Positions 18,377-27,700 of a stretch of 62,746 bases of DNA are shown here, in pieces; positions within the stretch are counted from its first letter, which is position 1, and every line of letters begins with the position of its first letter. Below the pieces are notes generated by a model. The model was not told where the DNA came from and made no database searches. It worked only from the letters and a program-made list of their open reading frames with translations. Origin of the DNA: a virus (lineage: Duplodnaviria > Caudoviricetes); IMG/VR virus record IMGVR_UViG_3300044971_000798, positions 1 through 62,746 of that record; one strand, given 5' to 3'. A program made the position numbers and the translations under genes.

Positions 18377-20233
18377 ATGTCGGCAACGCTCCAAGACCAG
18401 CGCCTCTCGGAACTAAATTTCAAAGTCGGTGTCATTAAAGAAAACACCGAACTGGACGCCTCTGGCCACTGGATTGACGCTGACAAAATTCGCTTCCGCT
18501 TCGGGCGTCCCGAACTCATGGGCGGTTGGCAGCGTCTTATCGACCCTTCACAGAACGACAAAATCGTGGGAGTTCCCCGCCTTCTAGACACGTTACGCAA
18601 TCGCCTCGGACAAGCAGCCGCGTTTATTGCCACACACCAAGGCGCCTTCTCCAGCGAGCTTTCTACCTTCTACAACATTACTCCGCGCGTGTCAACTCTT
18701 GCCACTTCCAATATTCTGTCGACGACGGCAGGCTCGACAAACGTAATCGTATCCGTATCTTCGCATGGCCTAACCGACGGCACCCTAGTTGAAATTGTTT
18801 CGGCGGCTGCAACCATTGGTGGCAACGTCCAAGTCAACACAATATCATCTGTGTCTGCCATGTTTGATGTAAGCGTCATAGACATCAACAGTTTCGCCAT
18901 CGACACGGGCACCACAGCGGCGGCAACTTCGATTGCTACTGGCGGCAACATCACCATCGGCTTCTGTTACAACGCTGGCACCCAAAATACCACCCAATTA
19001 GTGGGCTGGGGAACGGGCGTGTGGGGCGGTAACTTTGGCTGGAATGGAAGCGGCGGTACCGTAAACTCGCCCCTCCGCACATGGTCCGCCGATTTGTGGG
19101 GTACTGATCTTTTGGTAGTTCCATCCAAGGGTCCGCTCATGTACTGGAATACCAGCGCGGGCATCGTATCACCAATGACCATCGTTACGGCGGCCCCCTC
19201 AGTCAACCAGATTGTGCGCGTGGCTTCGGAAGCCCGTCACGTCCTACTCTACGGAACCCACGACGTTAGCGGCAGCTACGATCCGCTTTTGATCCGGTGG
19301 TGCAGCCAAGAAGACTTCACAGACTGGACGCCTTCAGGCATCAACAACGCAGGCGACTACCCACTGCCAAGCCGTGGCTCCGAAATCCTTGCGGTCAACC
19401 GCGTCAGCGATAAGACCGCGATCCTGACTGACTCGGACCTCTACATCCAATCCTACATTGGCGGCAATGACGTCTTCGGTTTCGTTGCGGCAGGCGAACA
19501 ATGTGGCGTGATTGCCCGCAACGCGGCCATCGAATACCGGGGCACCCTCTATTGGATGTCAAACAACGGTCAGTTCTACCAATACAATGGTCGCGTCCAG
19601 CCACTTCCCTGCACGGTGCTGCGCTTCGTCTATGACAACCTAGATCAAAACAACATAGACAAAATCTACGCAGCAGTCAATTCCACGTTCGACGAAATCA
19701 TGTGGTTCTATCCGTCCATAAATTCACCCGACGGCGAGAATGACCGCTACGTAATTTACAACACCTCCGAGCGGCACTGGTCTATTGGCACCATGGCCCG
19801 CACGGTATGGGAAGACGGCGGCACTTTCAACTATCCGTTAGCCCTCGGCACCGTACCTTCTGACCTTTACTATCAAGAATACGGCTATACGGCAGACACG
19901 TCGGCCTTGGCGGCCACTCTTGAAAGCGCCTACTTCGATACGAACGACGGCAACACCATCATGTTCGCCAACAAATTTGCGCCCGACTTCAGCAACATTT
20001 CCGACAACACACCCTACAGCGGCACCCTCAATATCTCGTTGCAAGCGCGCAAATATCCGGGCGGCACGGTCACAACCAAAGGCCCCTTCGCCGTGACGGG
20101 CACCACCCAGAAAGTATCGACGCGCCTTCGCGGACGGGAGTTTGCCATTCAAATCCAATCCTCGACTTCGTCAAATATGCCGTGGCGTATGGGGAAATTC
20201 CGCATGGCTATCGAACCGGACGGCCTACGATGA
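18377..20233 (+). CDS. Tail nozzle / DNA-stabilisation protein
   Basis: WIDADKIRFRFGRPELMGGW, IRWCSQEDFTDW, EIMWFYPS, RLRGRE...WRMG. Confidence 0.8.
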   Translation: MSATLQDQRLSELNFKVGVIKENTELDASGHWIDADKIRFRFGRPELMGGWQRLIDPSQNDKIVGVPRLLDTLRNRLGQAAAFIATHQGAFSSELSTFYNITPRVSTLATSNILSTTAGSTNVIVSVSSHGLTDGTLVEIVSAAATIGGNVQVNTISSVSAMFDVSVIDINSFAIDTGTTAAATSIATGGNITIGFCYNAGTQNTTQLVGWGTGVWGGNFGWNGSGGTVNSPLRTWSADLWGTDLLVVPSKGPLMYWNTSAGIVSPMTIVTAAPSVNQIVRVASEARHVLLYGTHDVSGSYDPLLIRWCSQEDFTDWTPSGINNAGDYPLPSRGSEILAVNRVSDKTAILTDSDLYIQSYIGGNDVFGFVAAGEQCGVIARNAAIEYRGTLYWMSNNGQFYQYNGRVQPLPCTVLRFVYDNLDQNNIDKIYAAVNSTFDEIMWFYPSINSPDGENDRYVIYNTSERHWSIGTMARTVWEDGGTFNYPLALGTVPSDLYYQEYGYTADTSALAATLESAYFDTNDGNTIMFANKFAPDFSNISDNTPYSGTLNISLQARKYPGGTVTTKGPFAVTGTTQKVSTRLRGREFAIQIQSSTSSNMPWRMGKFRMAIEPDGLR

Positions 20234-20502
20234 CCCGGCGTATCTCCTCGCGCACCCTTCCGGCGGCCCCCTATGAGTGGGACGAATCCTCCAAGGCTGC
20301 CTGGAACGCACTGACAACTGTGCTACAGCAAAGCGACCTTTTTGACCAGGGCCGCCGCACCCGCCCCGAGTTCATAATTCAGGGCACTGTCAGCGCGCCC
20401 ACCACCCTTGACATGAACAGCCCCTCCGTCACTGTCCTCACCAACGTGGTTGGCAAGCTGCTGCAAGCCCTTAATTCCAGCAACTTCGTTGACGTGAAGT
20501 AG
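20230..20502 (+). CDS. Small tail-associated protein
   Basis: ATGA overlap at 20230; LPAAPYEWD. Confidence 0.65.
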   Translation: MTRRISSRTLPAAPYEWDESSKAAWNALTTVLQQSDLFDQGRRTRPEFIIQGTVSAPTTLDMNSPSVTVLTNVVGKLLQALNSSNFVDVK

Positions 20503-20504
20503 GG

Positions 20505-20533
20505 TTTATTTTCAATGAAATCCATGGTATAAT
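20505..20533 (+). promoter_or_regulatory. Sigma70-type promoter of the ejection-protein genes
   Basis: TTTATT-17-TATAAT with an extended -10 TG. Confidence 0.6.
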
Positions 20534-20552
20534 GTCATCGAGAGGCACCTAA

Positions 20553-23060
20553 ATGTCAGAAACCTTCTTCAATCCCGATCTAAAAATAAAGCCTGGAGGC
20601 GATGAATACGCCACCATGGGAGGTATTTCTGTGGGTGTGCCAGGAACTCCTACTTATCGCGAACAGCCCATGATACTTCCAGGCGGAGACATCATCTACT
20701 CTGACATGGGACCGGGTAGCGGAGGTGCGCCTCCCGCTGGGCCTGTTAACATGGGACCGGAGAGCGGCGGCGGCATGATTCGCTACTTACCCCCTGAAAC
20801 GAAACCGGGCGGTATCGACTCTATTGGTGATGAGAACTTTTTTAATCCCGATCTAAACGTCGAACCGGGCGGCGATACCTTTAGAACCATGGGGGGCCTC
20901 GATGCACTACCCGCCGAAAGCTCGCCCACTTTTGATTTAGGTCAATTTATTGGGTCGGCTGCCCAGCTTGCCCAACTCTATCCGGGTAGCCAGAACCGCC
21001 CACAATATACTCCTGGCCTGACTGATCTGCGCTTTACCCGGAGCTTCCAAGGCGTATCTCCCACTGGTAGTGCCTACACGCCATCTGGTGCGGGAGCCGC
21101 GCCCGGCCCCGATCCCAACAAGATTGTCTATCAGCAGCCCTTCCCTGAGTATGACAGCGGCAACCTAGACGCCTCGCTTCTAAGCGGTCTGCTTGGCATG
21201 GACTGGTCGGGCGCCTACCAAGACTATCTCGACAGACTGGAAGCCGAGGCTCAAGATATTAACATTTCCAATGTCTTCACGCCTACCAACACCAACGTCA
21301 ATCAGCTTAGCCAAAGCCAATACCAAATTCAGGGCGATGGCTCCTCGAGCAGTTCACAAGATCAATCTGATCGTTTCGACTTTGACGACTCCCTAACTGA
21401 TGAGGCTCTTGGGGGTGGCCTCGACGATTTTTTTAAGTATGGCCCGGCAGCCCAAAATGCCGCAGAAGGAGCCGCTGCTTACGCTAAGGCTTCCGCAGAA
21501 GCTGAACGTAAGCGTGTAGCTGATGAACAAGCCCGCGTGGCTGCCGAACAAGCTAGACTACAGGCAGAGGCAGAGCAGGCCCGCAAACTTGCTGAGCAGC
21601 AACGCATCGCGGAAGAACAACGTCAAGCTGCCGAAGAAGCTAAACGTCAAGAAGAACAACGTCGCATTGCTGAAGAGCAATCACGTCAGGCGGAAGCTGC
21701 GCGTGAAGCAGAGCGCCAACGTCAACTTGCGGCTGAAGAAGCACAGCGTCAAGCTGCCGCTCAAGCCGAAGCTGAACGTCGTGCAGCAGCCCAAGCCGAA
21801 GCAGATCGTCAAGCCGCTGCCGCAGAAGCTGAGCGCCGACGTATAGCTGATATTCAAACTAAGACGGCCCCCGTTGTAAATCAAGCAACAACCAAATTTC
21901 AATCTGATATTGCAAACGCAATAAAGCAACGCGACGAAATCAAGAATGCACTTGACGAAGCGACGCGCGTAGTAGGAATGCATAAGGTTGATAAATTTAA
22001 ACGTCAAAGTTCGCCGCCAATTCCCCAAGAAGTAATTAATGATCTTCAGGCAAGATACACATCTCTTGACAATACCCTTAAGAATTACAACGTCGACGAA
22101 ATTCTTAAGAACCCGGACTACGCGCGCGAGCAGGCCCTGCAATCAGGCTCTAATGCCCTGCAAGCACTTACTAATCCAAGCAATCCGCCATCCCCTGACA
22201 CAGTAAACCGCGTACTTTCCAAGGTTGTTGATAGCGGCCTAGCTAATGTGGTTGCCCAAAACATCAGTAAAGAAGGTGCCAAGGCAATCTTACAAGCTGT
22301 TGGTGGCGATGCTGCCGTCGAGGCTTATGGCGGTGTGGCGGGGGACCTTGCGGGGCCAGTCGGTGCTGCCCTAGTTTCTTTGGCACAGGGCGACAGCGTA
22401 GGCACCGCTGCTGCTGAAGCTGCCAAAGCTTATGTCGTTGCGACTCTTGCTGCAATGCCGGGTGTTGGTCAGGCTATTGCGGCTACCATTGTTCTTGACT
22501 CCTTCCTTTCTGACGCCCTTGGCTACAAAAGCCCCATCAATGACGCGGTGGCCGGGGCTGCAAAGAGTGTAGACAAAGCCATTAGCTGGACAGGCAAGCG
22601 GGCGATTGGCGGCGATCCAATAGGTGCGATTGGCAGAGCGATTAGCAACCCCATTAGGTCTATTAGCCGCGCCTTTGGTTTTCAAGAGGGCGGCCTAGTT
22701 GATTTACCCGGCGATTCCATGTATAATGACAATAGCCAAGGAGTCTTACCTGACATTGAAGGCTACGCGCGCGGGGGCATCATTCCGTTGCCGGGCGGTG
22801 GCAAAATCGCCAAGGGACCGGGCGGCGGACTGGACGATCTAATCCCAACTACAATCGACGGTAGACGGGCGGCGGCCCTATCCGACGGTGAGTTCGTGAT
22901 CCCCGCTGACGTAGTGTCCATGATGGGCGACGGGTCAACCAACGCCGGGTCAAAGCGCCTGTATGATCTAGTCAAGCAGGTACGCCAACACAAGACAGGC
23001 ACGACCCGGCAGGCAGGCCCACTTCAGGTCGGCAAGATTCTTGAAAGGACTATGAGATGA
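20553..23060 (+). CDS. Internal virion/ejection protein
   Basis: 835 aa; Pro/Gly-rich N-terminus, AEQR-rich coiled coil, hydrophobic Gly/Ala segment, C-terminal GPGGGLDDLIP...LSDGEFVIPADVV domain. Confidence 0.65.
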   Translation: MSETFFNPDLKIKPGGDEYATMGGISVGVPGTPTYREQPMILPGGDIIYSDMGPGSGGAPPAGPVNMGPESGGGMIRYLPPETKPGGIDSIGDENFFNPDLNVEPGGDTFRTMGGLDALPAESSPTFDLGQFIGSAAQLAQLYPGSQNRPQYTPGLTDLRFTRSFQGVSPTGSAYTPSGAGAAPGPDPNKIVYQQPFPEYDSGNLDASLLSGLLGMDWSGAYQDYLDRLEAEAQDINISNVFTPTNTNVNQLSQSQYQIQGDGSSSSSQDQSDRFDFDDSLTDEALGGGLDDFFKYGPAAQNAAEGAAAYAKASAEAERKRVADEQARVAAEQARLQAEAEQARKLAEQQRIAEEQRQAAEEAKRQEEQRRIAEEQSRQAEAAREAERQRQLAAEEAQRQAAAQAEAERRAAAQAEADRQAAAAEAERRRIADIQTKTAPVVNQATTKFQSDIANAIKQRDEIKNALDEATRVVGMHKVDKFKRQSSPPIPQEVINDLQARYTSLDNTLKNYNVDEILKNPDYAREQALQSGSNALQALTNPSNPPSPDTVNRVLSKVVDSGLANVVAQNISKEGAKAILQAVGGDAAVEAYGGVAGDLAGPVGAALVSLAQGDSVGTAAAEAAKAYVVATLAAMPGVGQAIAATIVLDSFLSDALGYKSPINDAVAGAAKSVDKAISWTGKRAIGGDPIGAIGRAISNPIRSISRAFGFQEGGLVDLPGDSMYNDNSQGVLPDIEGYARGGIIPLPGGGKIAKGPGGGLDDLIPTTIDGRRAAALSDGEFVIPADVVSMMGDGSTNAGSKRLYDLVKQVRQHKTGTTRQAGPLQVGKILERTMR
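22699..22727 (+). promoter_or_regulatory. Internal sigma70-type promoter
   Basis: TTGATT-17-TATAAT. Confidence 0.5.
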
Positions 23061-24067
23061 GTGGCTTTTTTAGTTCCATTTTGGGAGGCGCCCCCGCCAC
23101 CACGGAAGGTGCCCTTAGCGGCCTTCTTGGTGTAGGCCCGTCGCAAACCTCCCGCATTACGACCCCAACCACTCCCCAGTCCGTTGTCGACACGCGCGAG
23201 GAACTGCTTGCCCGCACTCGTGGTTTTGCCGCCGAACCCTTCCAGCCCTACGTCGACGCCCAAGGCAATCCCGTCCCGCGCGTTGCCGAATTCACCCCAG
23301 ATCAGCAGCGGGCCTTCGAAGCTACGCGCGGTCTTGCCGATCAAGCAGGCGGCTTAAGCGCCCTGACGCCCGGCCTTACAACGCAGGGCATCTCCGCTAC
23401 TACGGGCCTCGCCACCACCCTGCCCGAAACCGACCTTTCTGGTTACATGTCGCCCTACACGCAGGCGGTCCTCGACCCGGCGATCCGCGACATTGAAGAA
23501 CGCGCCGCCAAGGAACGTCTCCGTCTCGGCCAGCAAGCGGGCATGCGCGGTTCCTTCGGCGGCTCCCGTCAAGCCATTGCAGAAAGCGAACTTGAGCGCG
23601 GCACCCAGCGCAATATCGGTGACATCTCCGCCAAAGAACGCGCCGCCGCCTACAATCAAGCTCTCGATCAGTTCCGCAAAGATCAGGAAAAGATTCCTGC
23701 TCTATACGCTTCAGCCCAAGGTCAACTTGGCACGGGCCTTACGCAAACTCAGAACGCCCTCGGCTCCATGGTCAATCCGCTCCTAGCTACGGGCGGCCTC
23801 CAGCAAGCGCGTGATCAGGCCGAGCTAGACGTGATGCGCCAGCAGTTCGAAGAAGAGCGTGACTATCCGCTGCGCGGCATTTCGGCCCTGCGTTCTACTC
23901 TTGGCCTGCCTTCTGCTACCCTCGGCATCGGCCAGCAGCAAACCGAAACCGCGCCGGGCCGTGACCTCCTCTCCGCTCTTGCTGGCGGCATCATGCAAGG
24001 CCCTGCTTTCCTTGATAACCTTCGCTTGCTCGGTCAGCAACTCGGCATCTCCAGTACCCCTTCTTAA
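23057..24067 (+). CDS. DNA ejection (pilot-like) protein
   Basis: VAEFTPDQQRAF, YMSPYTQAV, GSFGGSRQAIAE. Confidence 0.7.
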   Translation: MSGFFSSILGGAPATTEGALSGLLGVGPSQTSRITTPTTPQSVVDTREELLARTRGFAAEPFQPYVDAQGNPVPRVAEFTPDQQRAFEATRGLADQAGGLSALTPGLTTQGISATTGLATTLPETDLSGYMSPYTQAVLDPAIRDIEERAAKERLRLGQQAGMRGSFGGSRQAIAESELERGTQRNIGDISAKERAAAYNQALDQFRKDQEKIPALYASAQGQLGTGLTQTQNALGSMVNPLLATGGLQQARDQAELDVMRQQFEEERDYPLRGISALRSTLGLPSATLGIGQQQTETAPGRDLLSALAGGIMQGPAFLDNLRLLGQQLGISSTPS

Positions 24068-24079
24068 GGAACTAATTCC

Positions 24080-24724
24080 ATGGGCGAAACAATGCAACCC
24101 TCTTTGCTTGAACAACTGCGGCAACGTCTTCAACAAGATATTGCACCGCCGCAAATGTCTGCGAATGAACGCTTGGCAGCCATGGGGCGCGGTATCCTTT
24201 CCAACCGTGGCAGCCTACTTGACAACCTAAGCGCGGGCCTTGCCGCACAAAATCAAGCTATGGCTGCGCGCCGCGAAGAAGCCCGCAAGGCCGCCGAACT
24301 CGAAGCCGAAATCGTACGCCGCGACGAAGAGATGCGCCTTAAACAAGAAGAACTCCGCAATCCAGACATCAGTGCGCTGCGCCAAGCCCAAGCTTTCTAC
24401 TACCGCCAACGCCCCGAAATGGCTGGCGCCGGGGCCGCCAATCGTTCGCGCGTATCTCCTGCTCAGTATGCTACGATGTATAACCAAGCAGAAGAAGCAG
24501 CCCGGCGTCAATATCCCGACCCGGCGCCCGGCATGCCAGAACCTGAGTCGGCGCGTCAAGAACGTCTTGCAAATCGGGAACGCTACCGGGACGCGCGTCT
24601 CCAGCAACTTTTGGAAGGGGCGGCACAAATTCAAAGTGGGCAACTGCCAACGCCGCAACCAGCGCAGCCGCAGCAAGGTCCCGGCCAGCGCGTACAAGTT
24701 CCGCTAACGGGCACACCGCGCTAA
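24080..24724 (+). CDS. Probable ejection protein
   Basis: 214 aa, helical and Gln/Ala-rich; position in the ejection cluster. Confidence 0.55.
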   Translation: MGETMQPSLLEQLRQRLQQDIAPPQMSANERLAAMGRGILSNRGSLLDNLSAGLAAQNQAMAARREEARKAAELEAEIVRRDEEMRLKQEELRNPDISALRQAQAFYYRQRPEMAGAGAANRSRVSPAQYATMYNQAEEAARRQYPDPAPGMPEPESARQERLANRERYRDARLQQLLEGAAQIQSGQLPTPQPAQPQQGPGQRVQVPLTGTPR

Positions 24725-27700
24725 TGCCCTTATATGAAGTTCCGTTACCTAACGGCACTATCGTAGAAATTGAAGGGCCTCCGGGCGTCGAGCGGCAAGT
24801 TCAAGCCCGCGCCCGCGAATACTTTCGGTCTGCGTTCCCCCAAGAATTTGAAAGCTGGCGGCGCACCCAAGTAGGCTTGGGTAGTTCCATTACACAGGGC
24901 GCTTCCCGCGCCGTTGACGAATTCCAAGGCCAACTATATTCAGCAGCCGAAGGTCTGGGCCAGTCGCTCAACATGCCGAGCCTTCAGCAATTCGGGCGCG
25001 AGGGCCGCATTGAACAGGCGCTGCAAGCTGAAGCTGCCCAGCCCCAAGCTCTTCGCACACCTATCCTAGAATCGCAAGGCCCCGGCGACGTCGGGCGCGC
25101 TGCTGCTGAAATCGTCACAGGCTCCCTTCCCCAAACCGCTACCGGAATCGGCGGCGCCCTAGCTGGTGCGCGTCTTGGTGCGCGGGCTGGTGCGCGCGGT
25201 GCCCTACTCGGCGGCTTCCTCGGCGCTTCCGGCGCGGGCTACCTTCCTACGGCAGGCGCCAACATCCAACGCAAAGTCGAAGAAGAAGCCAAGCGGCTAG
25301 GCGTAACTCCCGCTGAAGTCACACAAATCCCTAACCCCGGCGAATCCTTTATTGCCGCCATCCCGCAAGTCGCCCTTGAAAGCGCCGCTGACATTGCCAC
25401 CTTGGGCGCAGGTCGTTTCTTGGGGCGCCCTGTCGGTGAAGCAGCAGGTTCACTAGGCCAGCGCCTACTTCGAGGTGCTGGTGTAGGCGCCGCAACCGAA
25501 CCCCTTGCCGAAGTGCCGCAGGCTGCAATCGAACGCTACCAAGCCGGACTTCCCATCACAGGCCCCGAAGCCAACCGCGAATACTTGGAAGCGGGCCTTG
25601 GGGGCGCAATCGCTGGTGGCGTTCTTGGTGGTGCCGCGCGTGGTGCTTTCGGTGCGCGCCCCACACCCGAAGCTGCCCCCGCCCCAGAAGCCGCGCCCGA
25701 ACCTGCGCCCGTGCCCCGTGGGTCAGTGCCTGCCGTTGGCGTTGCCCCCACGCCGCCCGTAGCAGAAGCCGCACCAACGCCCGAACCTGCACCCGCGCCG
25801 CGTTTCGAGCCACTTACTATGCCGACGCGCCCGGAACCGTTAGCTTCTGTCGATCAGGTCGAAGCCTTCCTAGCCGAGAACCCGCGCTTCACACCACCTG
25901 TCCCGCTCGCCACACCTGAAGCTACCGTGGCCTTCGTCAATGCTGCGCGCGTAGCTGACTGGCAGCAAGCTTCAACCGACATGCGCCAGCGGGCCATTGA
26001 CGAATTCGTTGCCAAGCCCGCGCAGGAAGCAGACGCAGAGACGGTAGCCCCGTCCAGCCGCCAAGCTCAAGCCTCTGACTTCATTAGCAATCTTGCGGAA
26101 AACGCGCAACTTGCCAACGTCAATCTAAACTCCTTCACGCCTGCTGACGTTGCTCGCGCCGCTCTCGGTGCCCGCGATCTCGACCCTGGCCGCCCTTCGC
26201 GCGCCGAACAGAAAGCCGTATCCGAACAACTCAACGCGCTTGCCGACGCGGGCTTCCTTCGCAAATTATCGCCCAAAACTTTTGCAGTCGCCACCGAACC
26301 CGTCGCTCCCGCACCACCTACGCAGACTGACGTACAGCAGGAAATCGCTGCCTTCAACGAACAGCTTGCGACTGGGACTCTAACACCTGAAACCATGCAG
26401 CGCATGGGGGCCGAAGTTCCCGCCGCGCCAATCCAACCGCAAGACGAAGCTGCCCTGTGGCGCGGCTATTCCTTGAACGCTGGTCCGCAGGCGCGCAGTC
26501 CCTTCGTAGCGCAGGCTCGCAACATCGCGGCCATTCGCCAGCGCCCCTTCACACGGCCTGAGTTCATTGACTTCGCGCAACAATCCAGCGCGGCAGCTAC
26601 ACCCGAAGCGCGCGACCAAGTCTATAACGATTTCATCAATCGCCGCCAAGCCCCCACCCAAGCCGCCGCTCCACAACCTGCACCCACGCCTGCTGGTGAT
26701 ACGCCTGCTGCTGCTGCCGCTGCTGCTGATCCGCAATCGGGCGCAGGCAAGACTACCGATACGGTAGAAGAGGCGCTGTTTTCCCCGCCAGATAATGCCC
26801 CAATCAAGAACCTTCAAGCTTCTCTTGATAAGCAGATTGTCGATGGTTTCCGGGGCGGATTTATGGGTAAGTGGTTTGCTTCTCCCATTGCAACTTACAG
26901 CAAGAATCCCATATACAAAGGATCGGCGGACCAACTGGACCGCTTCTATGTTCGCAACCACCAAGCCTTGACACAGTCTACGGAGGCATACGAACCTGCG
27001 TTACGTTTGTCTGCCGAGTCGCAGGCCCGCATTGCCCTGACATTGCAAGACGCCCGCAGCAAACAGCAGATGTGGGATCGTTCTGCTTTCACGCCCGAAG
27101 AAAACGCGGCGATGGACGGCATCCTCCGTAGCTTTCAAAGCCTGTTTAACTTTTATGTTGATTCGTCTACAGCAAGCTATTTCAACCCAGCGTTGGCAAA
27201 GACTGCCGAAGATCGTGCGCGCCTTGAGGCTTTCCAGCGCAAGAAGGGCGACCGCCTTATCGGACAGATGCCTGATGAAGAAGTCAGGGCAGCCTCACCC
27301 ATTGGCCACCAAGAAGTAAAGCGTTATGAAAGGCGGCGCGATGCGTTCTTCTTCCCGCAAATCGCCCAGGGCAGCCACTTCGTTGCCGCTTACGAGAAAC
27401 TGCCCGGCAACAAGAAGCGTCTAGTCCGCATCTACTTCTACGATCCCGCGCGCAATATCCGCAAAGTTAGGCAAACTGTTGGATTGCAGCGCAACTTCGA
27501 AGATATTGCTGTCAAACGCCTGCGTGAAGAGTTCCCTGACAGCAAACGCTTCTATATCATGGAGCGGGGCATGGAAGCTACGCGGGACGAAAACGCCAAT
27601 AACCTTCGTCGTGATGGTGACTTCATTGCCCAGTGGCTACAAGAACTGAGCAAGGTCAGTGGCGCCGAAGCCAAGCAAGTCATTGACCGCATGACCAAAG

